DNA from: Acaryochloris marina S15 | GTDB taxonomy: Bacteria > Cyanobacteriota > Cyanobacteriia > Thermosynechococcales > Thermosynechococcaceae | Length of the DNA stretch: 32,000 nucleotides | Assembly: GCF_018336915.1 (NCBI RefSeq) | Contig: NZ_CP064923.1 | Span: forward strand, 3,180,001 to 3,212,000 | Reading direction: 5' to 3' | Part shown: piece by piece, positions 1 to 9,744 of the stretch | Layout: every line of letters starts with the position of its first letter | Position numbering within the stretch: the first letter of the stretch is position 1 | Notes under the pieces: model-generated | Databases searched by the model: none | What the model was told of the DNA's origin: nothing | Seen by the model: only the letters and a program-made list of their open reading frames with translations | Translations under genes and position numbers: made by a program

Positions 1-565
1 GGCTGGGCAATTCAACGCCCAGAGGAAGAAGTAGCTTAGGTGTTTGAATATTTAATGCTTTTATATCACTGACTTCTCCGGGGGAAGTGCAGTGAATCAT
101 TGCAGCCTGCTCTAGATTACGATTTTCTATGAGATAACGGTAGAGTTTTTTTCTTTGAGCTGACTGGGACAATGCCCAAGGAGTCAATTGCCCAAGGGGA
201 CGCATTAGGTAAGGGATATTACTATGCCGTGCGGCTCGTGCTGTCCAAGTCGGGAGATGAGAGAAAAGATAGTGAGTATGAATCAGATGGAATTGCTTAA
301 GATGATTGCGGTGCCACTTAGAAAGCGCATGGGTGTATAGAAACTCTTTAGCTTGAACTGTTCGGGGTAAGAAAGTGGTTTTTAGCCCTTTAAAGCGAAT
401 TGGCTGGTTAAGAGGAACTTCTAGACGTTGATTAGTGCCATCATCGGTTGTTAGAATTTCGACATCAGCACCAATAACTTGGAGACTCTTGCTAAGCTGT
501 AAAGCTACTCGGGTTGGCCCACCAAGGTATGGGCTCAGTGAAGGAATGACCTGTAAGATTTTCAT
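1..565 (-). CDS. Glycosyltransferase, GT4 (GT-B) family, N-terminal part only; the gene continues past the window start
   Basis: Absent from the ORF track because it runs off the window. My translation of the minus strand from ATG (565-563) gives MKILQVIPSLSPYLGGPTRVALQLSKSLQVIGADVEILTTDDGTNQRLEVPLNQPIRFKGL... and later ...IHTHYLFS. I checked every codon in this frame down to position 2 and found no stop. The MKIL..P...GG start is typical of GT4 N-terminal domains. Confidence 0.75.
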   Translation of the reverse strand, partial: MKILQVIPSLSPYLGGPTRVALQLSKSLQVIGADVEILTTDDGTNQRLEVPLNQPIRFKGLKTTFLPRTVQAKEFLYTHALSKWHRNHLKQFHLIHTHYLFSHLPTWTARAARHSNIPYLMRPLGQLTPWALSQSAQRKKLYRYLIENRNLEQAAMIHCTSPGEVSDIKALNIQTPKLLLPLGVELPS

Positions 566-782
566 TTGTTGCAGACTTAAAATGGATATCGGGCCAGTCA
601 ATGCTTTTGATTAACTCTGCAATACGTCTCTTGATTAGGGAATTGAATGCTTGATTGCAGCAAAATCCGAAGAATACTTATTTTTTAAGAGTAAATAGAA
701 TAAAAATTTTCATTTATCTTGAATATATTACCTAAATAAGTTGTGAAATTAAGCTTTCAGGTATTTTTTAAATACCCTTGTT

Positions 783-1997
783 TTAGATAACGAGCTTAAT
801 GGTTGTATCTTTTAAAGATAATTTTTGATAATACAACCTTCGGATAGCTAGCATTAAGACCATCCAGAAAAGGAAGGAAAAGCAATTGCCAGCAGAATAG
901 ATTGCCGGTTCAAAGATCGCGATGACTAAGCCACTAACGATAGTGGCAGCTAAGGTAACAAGTTGATAATTACGCCACTTAGCAAATAAGCAAAAAACCG
1001 CGAAGCCCCAAAGCAATCCAAAGAAAAGATAGGTAAGGGGCCAGCCAATTTGTACTGCTAGCCCAAAGTAACTGCTCATTACTCCATGACCTCGGAGTTT
1101 TAATGCATATAAAGAGGTTCCATAATAGTTATGGATTAAACCCTCTGTACCAAATCCATGGCCAAAGTCAGGACGATTAGTAATATAGTCTTGAGCAAGC
1201 TCCCAAAAATAAGTTCGATTTGCGGCTGTATATAATGTATCTTCTCGCAGAATTTTCTCTGCGAAAAAATTCGTTTGAATGAATTGCTCTAGAAAAATGA
1301 TAGCTGCTGTGGGGATAAAAAATGCTTGTATTGGATTCTTAGCAAACAATGATCTAAAAATGAAGAATATTGCAACGCCAAAAGCGAATAGCGCTGTGCG
1401 ATTTCCACTGAGCAGGAGATTAACTAAAAATATAATAGTGATGGTTAGATCTAACTTATGGTTCGTAATTAGCCATCTAGATATAACTAATGGTAAAGCA
1501 AGTCCCAATACCAAACCAATATTATTGGGGTTTTCAAAAATCCCTTGAAAACGGGAAGACATAAGCGAAGCTGGCTCAAAAAAAATTCCATAAACCAGAT
1601 TGAATGTCATGACGAAGCCTAGGATATATAAGGTATTCCTGATAATAACTGCCTCTGATATTGAATCAGTATATTCCCATAACGTCCAAAACGAACAAAC
1701 ATATAATAGTAGTAGACTAATAGTCTTTAAGGCTGTTTCTATAGGTAGAATCGACCAAATAGCCGAAGCCAGAAAAATATATAAGAACATGATAATGAAC
1801 CGATCAGGCAAAATTATTGTACCTTTTGATCTTCCTGCACGGACAAAACCTAATTTCACAGATAAAGCACAACCTGAAAGTAGAACCAACCACCTAAGAA
1901 TATCTCCTGCTGATGCTATTTTTTCGAATTTCATGGTTGCCATGAGGAAAGGCAACATATAGAAAATCAGGAAGTGTTTTATAAAGAACGAATACAT
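783..1997 (-). CDS. Polytopic membrane protein of the O-antigen ligase/polymerase (Wzy_C, WaaL-like) type
   Basis: 404 aa, hydrophobic throughout with many TM-like segments. The central region NPNNIGLVLGLALPLV...LLLSGNRTALFAFGVAIFFIF resembles the Wzy_C loop/helix region. ATG at 1997. I cannot tell ligase from polymerase by eye. Confidence 0.65.
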   Translation of the reverse strand: MYSFFIKHFLIFYMLPFLMATMKFEKIASAGDILRWLVLLSGCALSVKLGFVRAGRSKGTIILPDRFIIMFLYIFLASAIWSILPIETALKTISLLLLYVCSFWTLWEYTDSISEAVIIRNTLYILGFVMTFNLVYGIFFEPASLMSSRFQGIFENPNNIGLVLGLALPLVISRWLITNHKLDLTITIIFLVNLLLSGNRTALFAFGVAIFFIFRSLFAKNPIQAFFIPTAAIIFLEQFIQTNFFAEKILREDTLYTAANRTYFWELAQDYITNRPDFGHGFGTEGLIHNYYGTSLYALKLRGHGVMSSYFGLAVQIGWPLTYLFFGLLWGFAVFCLFAKWRNYQLVTLAATIVSGLVIAIFEPAIYSAGNCFSFLFWMVLMLAIRRLYYQKLSLKDTTIKLVI

Positions 1998-2084
1998 AGT
2001 AATATTCAGCGGAAAAATACGTGGGAATCTCGTTGTTTTGTAGAATAACCTTACCCTGCAATTAAACTATGAACCTAAAATTAA

Positions 2085-3134
2085 TCACAGCTTTTTTAAT
2101 CCATGCAGTAAGGTGTCGACCCAACGCTGAGGAGTATACTGCTTTGATAGCTCGTGGCTTGCTTGCCTATATGCTACTTGTTGCTTTGGATTCAATAAAT
2201 GAATGGACATCAATGCCTCAGTAAGCTGATTAACTGAACCGCTAGGGAAGCTATAACCGTTGTAGTATTGCTTTAATAGATGGACTCCTGCACCACAAGC
2301 ATCGGAAAGAATGAGTGGCAAACCACATGCAGCTGCTTCTTGTATCACCACTCCCCAGGGTTCGAAGCGGCTCGGTAAAACAAAGGCTGATGCTCCTTGC
2401 ATAAGTATTGGAAGGTTATGAGGTTGGATGAAACCGCGATCTTCTGCACCGGCAGCTATTAACATATCTTGTAATGGTCCAGCACCAGCACAAACTAGAC
2501 GCCAGGGGTTTTCCACATTCGAAGAATAGTTTTTGAATGCATCAGCGAGGAGGTCAATACCTTTTTCGGGTGCATATCGTCCTACATAAAGGAAATAAGG
2601 ATGATTTAAGTCAGTGGGGTTGGTCACTGAATTCGCAAAAGCTGGCCAGTCACAGGCATAGTAGCCATCCCAGCAACGATCTCCAGAATATCCAAGCTCT
2701 TGGGCAAGATGGCGCTGACGCTCGCCGGTCACCCAAAGAACGTCAAGAAACCTTTGTAAATACAAGGGAGAAAGCCACACAGCAATTTGTTGGCGAAGAG
2801 ATCCTTTCCACTGTGTATCACAGCCTGCAATAATTGGTATACCTTTTGATTTTAAGTGTCGACAAATCCTAACGTAGTCTTTATCTCGCCAACCGCTTGC
2901 AAGTACTGCTGTTGGGCGAAATGCTAAAATTTGATGCAGAATGCTCTCAATATTGCACTCATAACGATTAATGATTGTGCCTAGGTCGGAAAACGTGGAG
3001 GTGTCAAAAGGTGAATCCGGTTGATTAGGCCAGGCATAGATTAAGAGTTCGGCCTCAGTCTGTTGCTTGAATTCACGTAGGCAAGCGGCTAGGTAACCAG
3101 ACAATCGGGTGTGGAGTAGAGCAACTCTCATCAT
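2085..3134 (-). CDS. Glycosyltransferase family 4 (GT-B)
   Basis: 349 aa. FLYVGRYAPEKGIDLL and PSRFEPWGVVIQEAAACGLPLILSD (EX7E-type motif). ATG start overlaps the stop of the upstream gene by 4 nt (3131-3134), suggesting translational coupling. Confidence 0.85.
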   Translation of the reverse strand: MMRVALLHTRLSGYLAACLREFKQQTEAELLIYAWPNQPDSPFDTSTFSDLGTIINRYECNIESILHQILAFRPTAVLASGWRDKDYVRICRHLKSKGIPIIAGCDTQWKGSLRQQIAVWLSPLYLQRFLDVLWVTGERQRHLAQELGYSGDRCWDGYYACDWPAFANSVTNPTDLNHPYFLYVGRYAPEKGIDLLADAFKNYSSNVENPWRLVCAGAGPLQDMLIAAGAEDRGFIQPHNLPILMQGASAFVLPSRFEPWGVVIQEAAACGLPLILSDACGAGVHLLKQYYNGYSFPSGSVNQLTEALMSIHLLNPKQQVAYRQASHELSKQYTPQRWVDTLLHGLKKL

Positions 3135-4279
3135 GCAGCAACGACTTTCTGAATTGCTTCTAGCGTTTGCATTGCAATTCGATCCCAGGTAAAGGACTGT
3201 ATACGTTCGAGAGAAGATTTCTTCATGTTTTGGAATTGAGTTTGAGTAAGTTCCAAAAAATGATTGATTCCTTGAGTAATGCCTGGAATACTGACTTTGG
3301 GAAGTAAGACCCCATTCTCGATGTCAACTAGAAGGCAAACGGCGCCAACGTCCGTTGCTAATACTGCTAAACCTGACCCCATAGCCTCCAGAATCACATT
3401 AGGCATTCCTTCAGAATAAGAGGGACAGAGTAAAACATCAGATTGGCGTAGTTCGTGCTGTAAAATACTCTCATCACGTATTGGTCCTGCATAACTAACA
3501 TTAGGGAGAGACAATTGCTTGTCTTTCGGGATTGGACCTATAAAGCGGAACTGAGCATGGTTTTTCCAATCAGGATTTTTCCGTATCGCAGTTTGAAGTT
3601 CTTGAATGCCTTTACGGCGTTCATAGCGTCCAACGAATATGAAGCGGATTGGGTCAGAAGGGGGAAGAACTCGATCGACTAACCATGAAGAATCAATGCC
3701 TCCTGGAATTTCAAGGATTTGTTCGTTAGGTATATGTAATTTTTTATTAATAAGCTCAGTAATCCGGCCACCATAAGAAAATAGATAGTTTGCTTGATGG
3801 ATATGGTACGAGAAATCTGGACGTAATAACCAATTCTCTAGCCAAGCTTTTGAATTTGCTGAAGTTTGGAACATCTCAAACCCATGAAGATTTACTCCAA
3901 TGGGCGGAATCTTACTACCGTGCAACTTTGCTTCCGTAAAAGCCCAAGCAGTTATGCTTTTACCTAAGATGAAGTCTGATTCTGATTGCTGTTGGTACAG
4001 CTCATATGCTTTTTGGGAGAAACATTTTAATGAACGAATATAATGTCCTGGGAAATGGTCTAATTTAGCCCAAGGAATAAAAATATTATTAATATTTTCT
4101 TTTTCTATATCAGTCATTCCATAAAGCTGATCAATAGTTTGAGTATTATCAAAATCTGTATGATAAAGATCAATTCTTACTCCTAAGGTAGCTAAATGTT
4201 TAGCTAAGTTAAAGCTATGACGCTGCAGTCCACCGATAACATAAGGTGTAACGCCTGGAGTTAGAAAGGATATCTTCAC
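3131..4279 (-). CDS. Glycosyltransferase family 4 (GT-B)
   Basis: 382 aa. N-terminus KISFLTPGVTPYVIGGLQRHSFNLAKHL, then FVGRYERRKGIQEL and CPSYSEGMPNVILEAMGSGLAVLATDVG (EX7E). The track start at 4279 is a GTG. Confidence 0.85.
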   Translation of the reverse strand: MKISFLTPGVTPYVIGGLQRHSFNLAKHLATLGVRIDLYHTDFDNTQTIDQLYGMTDIEKENINNIFIPWAKLDHFPGHYIRSLKCFSQKAYELYQQQSESDFILGKSITAWAFTEAKLHGSKIPPIGVNLHGFEMFQTSANSKAWLENWLLRPDFSYHIHQANYLFSYGGRITELINKKLHIPNEQILEIPGGIDSSWLVDRVLPPSDPIRFIFVGRYERRKGIQELQTAIRKNPDWKNHAQFRFIGPIPKDKQLSLPNVSYAGPIRDESILQHELRQSDVLLCPSYSEGMPNVILEAMGSGLAVLATDVGAVCLLVDIENGVLLPKVSIPGITQGINHFLELTQTQFQNMKKSSLERIQSFTWDRIAMQTLEAIQKVVAA

Positions 4280-4417
4280 TTAATTATTGGTATTTTAATT
4301 TAGATTAGAGAGCTGGTATAAATAGCAGTTAATGGCAACTTTATTTCCATCTCCAATATTAGCTTTTCTGAAAAGATTTCTTAAATCAAAGTGCGTAAGC
4401 ACAGTTGCTATTCCAAA

Positions 4418-5632
4418 TCATGTAAGTGCTCTAGAGTATACTTCTGCATATCTATCAGCAGCTTTATCGTAACTATGAAATCGTTCAATCCTATCTTTTG
4501 CAGCAATACCAATTTTTGCCCTTTTTGATGGAGATTCAATTAACTCAACTATTTTTTTAACAAGCTGATTAATGTTACCTTTTTCATAAGAAATTCCCGA
4601 CTCTCCATCAATAAACCACTCACTTGTTCCACCTGAATTAGAAGCTACGACAGGAGCACCGTTTAACATTGCTTCAGCCACTACATTGGGAAAATTATCA
4701 GGGTATATTGATGGAACAACTACCACACAGTCAGAGGCAAATCTATTAAAAATATCTTCTCTCTTCTGCCAGCCTAAAAGTTGAATATTTTTCAACAGAG
4801 CTTGTTCAACACTCTCCTCAAACTGGTGTTTAAAGTCACCGTCACCAATAATTTTTAGTCTTAAAGATGGGTAATACTTGACAATTTCTCGATAGGCTTC
4901 AATTAAGTCAAAAATTCCTTTTTGCTTAGAAATTCGTCCAACAAAAACTAGATCTGGTATGCCTGACTTTGTTTGGATCGGTGTTGTTAAAATACTTTTC
5001 TGTGGTGAAGGAACCTTAAGTATCTTACTACGTAATACTCCATGATTTAAAAGAAGATTTAGCATATAGTCCGAGTAAACAATTAAGTTAAAATACTTTT
5101 TGATAAATTTATTCTGTTCATAATAAACATTTAAATAAGCTGAGACTATATTTTCAGGCTTGCGTGAACGTTGACATTTTTCAGTATATGCATTTATTAA
5201 ACATAAGGGGCCAAAATTTTTACTACATGGTTTACAACTTCTTTCTAAAAACCGTGACCACCCAGGACAAGTTATCATTGGTTCATGTAGAGATCTAAAG
5301 ACTGGGAGTCCGAATTCAAAAAGTAGGTTAGTTACCTGTGGGAAAGGCATCGAATGAATATGTATGATATTTATACAATATTCTTTTATATAGGTTTCGA
5401 TTAAACATTTTAGTGATGAGATTGAAGAAGCCTTAATAATTCTGTTGACATCAGTAGAGAAATAACAAAGATTGTATGCACCCATTTCTTTACTAATTAG
5501 CATTAAATGCTTTTCAGTTTTAAAGCGTTCGTACATAGCTGTCATTATCTTAAGAATATGATTTTCAGCCCCACCTCTTAAATCAAGGTTGTAGTGAATC
5601 CGGAGAACTTTAATCTCTACATCAAAATACAT
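4418..5632 (-). CDS. Glycosyltransferase family 4 (GT-B) with a Cys-rich insert in the N-domain
   Basis: 404 aa. FVGRISKQKGIFDLIEA and VPSIYPDNFPNVVAEAMLNGAPVVASNSGG. Cys cluster CPGWSRFLERSCKPCSKNFGPLC. ATG at 5632. Very AT-rich gene. Confidence 0.8.
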   Translation of the reverse strand: MYFDVEIKVLRIHYNLDLRGGAENHILKIMTAMYERFKTEKHLMLISKEMGAYNLCYFSTDVNRIIKASSISSLKCLIETYIKEYCINIIHIHSMPFPQVTNLLFEFGLPVFRSLHEPMITCPGWSRFLERSCKPCSKNFGPLCLINAYTEKCQRSRKPENIVSAYLNVYYEQNKFIKKYFNLIVYSDYMLNLLLNHGVLRSKILKVPSPQKSILTTPIQTKSGIPDLVFVGRISKQKGIFDLIEAYREIVKYYPSLRLKIIGDGDFKHQFEESVEQALLKNIQLLGWQKREDIFNRFASDCVVVVPSIYPDNFPNVVAEAMLNGAPVVASNSGGTSEWFIDGESGISYEKGNINQLVKKIVELIESPSKRAKIGIAAKDRIERFHSYDKAADRYAEVYSRALT

Positions 5633-5693
5633 TAAATAATATGGAAAATAATTTTTTTAGCAATTGAAAAGCTATATTTCTAGATTTCTGTTG

Positions 5694-6257
5694 TTAATTT
5701 TTACTTATTAATATAGATTTATTTGCGTAGAGCGTTGAATTATTTGGTATATCATCAAGAACTAATGAATTTGCGCCAATGATAACATTATCACCAACAT
5801 TTATGCCGCCAGCTAATACACTACCCGGATATATAACTACATCATCACCAATTTTGGGGTATGAAGTAAGTTTATTTATGCTTCTTGCCCCTATAGTTAC
5901 ATTGTGATAAATATTTAACCTTTTACCAATTCTAACTCCACTACCAATAATGATTAGGTGTGCATGATGGATAACTAGGCCGCCCTCTATGATTGCATCA
6001 GGATGAATATCAATATTAAACTTGGAACGTAATAAGGAGTATAGAAAGATCCTTAATCCAGGAAAAATTCGTCTTCTATAGTAGAAATACTGATAGGTTC
6101 TGTAAAGAAGTACTGCTGCAAATTCACCCATTCTTAGAGAAGCTAAGACTACTGAAATCCAACTTTTTGGTTCATAGCCATAACGAGCCGAAAAATCTTC
6201 AACTAATGTAGACCAAGTATTCTGGTGTGGTAAACAGTCAGATTTTATTTTGGACAT
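5694..6257 (-). CDS. Left-handed beta-helix (hexapeptide-repeat) O-acetyltransferase, serine-acetyltransferase/WcaB-like
   Basis: 187 aa. Hexapeptide periodicity in IIIGSGVRIGKRLNIYHNVTIGAR...KIGDDVVIYPGSVLAGGINVGDNVIIGANSLV. Its ATG (6257) directly abuts the stop codon of the upstream gene (6258-6260). Confidence 0.8.
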   Translation of the reverse strand: MSKIKSDCLPHQNTWSTLVEDFSARYGYEPKSWISVVLASLRMGEFAAVLLYRTYQYFYYRRRIFPGLRIFLYSLLRSKFNIDIHPDAIIEGGLVIHHAHLIIIGSGVRIGKRLNIYHNVTIGARSINKLTSYPKIGDDVVIYPGSVLAGGINVGDNVIIGANSLVLDDIPNNSTLYANKSILISKN

Positions 6258-7403
6258 TTATCTTACAATCTTTTGATTAATAACTTTAGCCTTTTGATCA
6301 AAAACACTTTCCCAAGAAAAATCATTAGAAATTTTTCTGTATAGAGATTCACCTTTAGAGAAATAATCAGCAGGTTGCTCGGTGATCGCCATTAGTATTT
6401 TTGCTAGACCAAGCGAATCATCGATTTCAAAAAATTCTACTTCTGAAGTATCAAACCAATAGTCAAAATTATAAGTCCTTGGAACAATAGAAATACATTT
6501 TGATGCACCGTAATCGAATAATTTCATTTGAGACGTATAGGGAGGAACACCAGGAATTACTCCGACATGCATCATCTTTAATATATCTGCTAATTCATTA
6601 CGATCCAGAAAACCATGATCAATGACTTCAATATGGCTCTCTAACTCATTTTTTATAGTGTCAAAACCAGTGCCAAAAAGATTTAGACAAAGGTTCTCTT
6701 TTGTTTCTTTCTCAAGTATCTTAATAGCTTTAATGAGAAGAGATGGTTGATGGTGAGACATAAGTCGAGCAATGAAGGCGATATTAACTTTATCATTTAT
6801 AATCTTCTGGTGATTTGAATAATGATTGATAAAGTTTATCTCTACACCATTTTCAACATTACTCCAGTTTTTAGTAGATAACTGCCAATAATCTCCATAT
6901 GTACCAACAAAGAATACATGTCGAGAACAGGAATATATTTTTTTCTCAATCCATCTATTTAACGGAGTAAGAAGAGATGGATAATATTTTTTTCTTGCTT
7001 CAAACTGTAAGCCATTTGATTCAACAAAACATGGTATCTTTAGAATATTTAGAACAACAGGAAGAAGATCCAGAAAAGATGCCCGGAAGTATACAAAGTC
7101 AACTTTATTCGTACATATTATGGAAGATATTTGAATAGATTTAATTACAGACTTTAAGAGAATTTTGCAATCAGAAAGAGTACCCTTTATCAGGCTTGAC
7201 CTTTTTGAATTTTGAACTATATCATTCTGAGGTGTAGTTTTTAGGCTTTTCTTAATCTTGGATGAAATTAAATATATATCAAAGTATTTATTTAATTCAC
7301 TTAAACCAATATCAATATGTCTGTATGCACCAGAAGTGGGATCTAAACAGCCTGCTTCATTAACAACATAAATACCTTTAGGTCGTTTTTTCCTACTGAT
7401 CAT
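6258..7403 (-). CDS. Putative divergent GT-B-type glycosyltransferase
   Basis: 381 aa. IAFIARLMSHHQPSLLIKAIKIL...LNLFGTGFD and VIPGVPPYTSQMKLFDYGASKCISIV resemble the C-terminal Rossmann half of GT4-like enzymes, but the motifs are degenerate. The family call is tentative. Confidence 0.55.
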   Translation of the reverse strand: MISRKKRPKGIYVVNEAGCLDPTSGAYRHIDIGLSELNKYFDIYLISSKIKKSLKTTPQNDIVQNSKRSSLIKGTLSDCKILLKSVIKSIQISSIICTNKVDFVYFRASFLDLLPVVLNILKIPCFVESNGLQFEARKKYYPSLLTPLNRWIEKKIYSCSRHVFFVGTYGDYWQLSTKNWSNVENGVEINFINHYSNHQKIINDKVNIAFIARLMSHHQPSLLIKAIKILEKETKENLCLNLFGTGFDTIKNELESHIEVIDHGFLDRNELADILKMMHVGVIPGVPPYTSQMKLFDYGASKCISIVPRTYNFDYWFDTSEVEFFEIDDSLGLAKILMAITEQPADYFSKGESLYRKISNDFSWESVFDQKAKVINQKIVR

Positions 7404-7553
7404 ATGATAAAAATATTTTATCTATAAGTCTAACAAGTCTATAAAAGCCACGGATCTTCTAGTAGGGACTAAAGTGCAACTCTAAGTTATGAGTTCTAAA
7501 ATGCATTGGAAAGTTCTTTATCTATTTACTCTGAAGTGTATAGAGTATTAGTC

Positions 7554-7765
7554 CTGACTGCCTGACACATCTCTGAAAGCCTTTTCTTCGTAAGGGTTTG
7601 CACTGTAAGAATAGCAACGCTGCCCCTAAGGCAAGAGAGTTGGTAATACGTTTAGGTTGCGTTTGACGTGTGAACAATGCCAAAAGCTAGCCTTATACAC
7701 CCTGCTATTCAGCATCCAAAAGCTACGTATCTAAAGGCTTTGAGGTACTTATGTCAGGCAGTCAG
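7554..7765. mobile_element. 212-bp MITE-like element with 14-bp perfect terminal inverted repeats and a 9-bp target-site duplication
   Basis: TIR-L is CTGACTGCCTGACA (7554-7567). TIR-R is TGTCAGGCAGTCAG (7752-7765), its exact reverse complement. Flanking direct repeats GTATTAGTC lie at 7545-7553 and 7766-7774. Imperfect subterminal inverted repeats are also present (tgaaagcctttt / rc of taaaggctttga). No ORF inside. Confidence 0.8.
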
Positions 7766-8529
7766 GTATTAGTCTATTTGATTTGTTATCATCATCGTGT
7801 AACCCTTGCCATTAATCTGGTGCGAAAAGCTGAAAGGCTGGTCTAGCGATCAGTCTGCTGTTGAATTGACTGACGCCTTTAAAGGAGAAGGTCAATTCAC
7901 TAACCTTAGACCAAGGATTTTTACTGTGTCCCTGTAATTATCATGCTCTTAGCCTTCAAGATTCCGTTTAAGATGCCAGCAGTGAATCAAGGCATGTCTT
8001 GGGAATCAAGATAGTTCTGTTGTCATCGAACTAGTTACTGGACCCACTATCGATTTCACAGCTAACGGTCTGGCTTTGTTGAATGCTAATTAGCGGTTGT
8101 GTGTCACTATTGCAAAGGATTTCTACAAAAGCATAGCGATTATCTAATTTATGTTGTTTATCAGATAAACATTGCCCTCGTAGATATTTGCGTAAGCGGT
8201 CTGGTATTGAAACGAGTTATTGAATTAAAAAATCACTTTAACATACCAACGATGACTAAATATCCACTGGCACTGCTGTTGTTGGCAACCTTTTTTCATC
8301 TTGATCAGTGTCTGGATTACACTGCTGTGGATGTTTTCAGAGTTATTCGGCGTTGAGGAAGATGAGACTATCAAGACTTATTTCTACCTAAAACACTTTA
8401 GAAGTTTATCCTTAAGGGCGTTGATAGTTTCTTCCTGCCCAAGAGGGAAATTTAATTTTATGTTATCGAACTACAGATGATCTTTGATTATAATCTCGTG
8501 ATAGTCCTAAAATCTTAAAAATCATTAAA

Positions 8530-9744
8530 CTAAATGAGTGCGTTCTCAATAAGAAATTCTGAAAAGCTATTTACAAGTAGCTTAATATCATAGTTTGAGA
8601 CTACATGTTTTCTAGCTGAAATTGAAATTTCTTTTCTAAGATCTTCATTACTTATAACTAGATCTAAATAATCACTAATTTCTTTGATCGCATTATCTCT
8701 ATTATCGGCATCTACAAGAATACCACACTTGCTGTTTTTAACAGACTCTACTGCCCCTCCGTGGTTTCCAGCTATAATTACATTCTCAAAGAAAGATGCT
8801 TCTATAAAACTTATACCAAAACCTTCAAAGTCTTTGTTTAAATTAGAATGATTCGGCATAATAAAAACTGAGCTTAATTCTAGCAAATTAAATTTAGCTT
8901 CGTCTGAAATTTTCCCTAAAAACCGTACTTTTTCATTCAATTCTAATTCATTAACAATTTTTTTGAGATAATCGTATTCCTGGCCCGTTCCTGCAATTAA
9001 ATAAATATAATCATCATTTTCTCTTAATGTTCGTTTTAAAGCTTGTATAGCAATATCTATACCTTTTCTTTTTGTGAGTCTTGAGATTGTAGTAATTAAA
9101 AATTTATTAGTTAGATCTATTTCTAAATCCTTAGATTTTTTTTTCTTTTTGCCTTCTAGGAATTCTATATCAAGGCCTGGATAGAGGATGTAGTCTTTGC
9201 AACTATATTGAATTGAATTATCTTTAAGTAGTTTTTTTGTAGCATGAGAGTTGAATATAATTAGATTTGAGCTTTTGCAGACAAAATCCAAAAAATTTTT
9301 ATTGCTCTTGATCAGATTCAAAATATCGTAACCATGCAAAACTATTGCATACTTTAATTTTAGAAAATGTAGTATCTGGATAACAAGTATAGAATATGTA
9401 TTGCTTATATAAGTGATAATAAATAGATCTTTTGGATTTTTAAGTGATATTTTTAGGATCTCAAAAATAACAAAAAATGCAATATTAATATAGTAAATTG
9501 CAGAGTTTATTTTCTTGAATAAATAAAATGAATCTCCTATTCTTTTTCCAAGAAATCTATCATTTTTGTATTTATTTAAACCTTTCAGGGTAAAAACAGG
9601 AGTTTCTATTTGAAGTACACTTGTAATTACTGTATTTAGTAAATCTAACTTGTTTAACTCTTTTGCAAGTTGGTAGGTATATTCAGCAACCCCACCCAAC
9701 ATAGGCTTATAGTCCGGTGAGAAAATTACAATTTTATTACTCAT
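8530..9744 (-). CDS. Glycosyltransferase family 4 (GT-B)
   Basis: 404 aa. IVIFSPDYKPMLGGVAEYTYQLAKEL, ISRLTKRKGIDIAIQAL and FEGFGISFIEASFFENVIIAGNHGG. Extremely AT-rich (23% GC on line 9361). Confidence 0.8.
   Translation of the reverse strand: MSNKIVIFSPDYKPMLGGVAEYTYQLAKELNKLDLLNTVITSVLQIETPVFTLKGLNKYKNDRFLGKRIGDSFYLFKKINSAIYYINIAFFVIFEILKISLKNPKDLFIITYISNTYSILVIQILHFLKLKYAIVLHGYDILNLIKSNKNFLDFVCKSSNLIIFNSHATKKLLKDNSIQYSCKDYILYPGLDIEFLEGKKKKKSKDLEIDLTNKFLITTISRLTKRKGIDIAIQALKRTLRENDDYIYLIAGTGQEYDYLKKIVNELELNEKVRFLGKISDEAKFNLLELSSVFIMPNHSNLNKDFEGFGISFIEASFFENVIIAGNHGGAVESVKNSKCGILVDADNRDNAIKEISDYLDLVISNEDLRKEISISARKHVVSNYDIKLLVNSFSEFLIENALI

Noticed and set aside
760-776. 7-bp AT-rich hairpin (GGTATTT ttt AAATACC) just downstream of the Wzy_C-like stop, considered as a terminator
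   Set aside because: The stem is weak and AT-only with a 3-nt loop, and no U-tract follows on the minus strand. The next gene starts about 200 nt on, and read-through seems as likely as termination.
1279-1962. Plus-strand ORFs (89 and 120 aa) antisense to the Wzy_C-like gene
   Set aside because: They lie entirely within the much longer, motif-supported minus-strand membrane-protein gene. These are typical shadow ORFs in AT-rich DNA.
8099-8356. 85-aa plus-strand ORF in the gap between GT genes
   Set aside because: It has a GTG start with no visible Shine-Dalgarno sequence and no recognisable motif. It is the only plus-strand ORF within about 23 kb of minus-strand genes. I treat it as part of the unexplained spacer rather than a gene.
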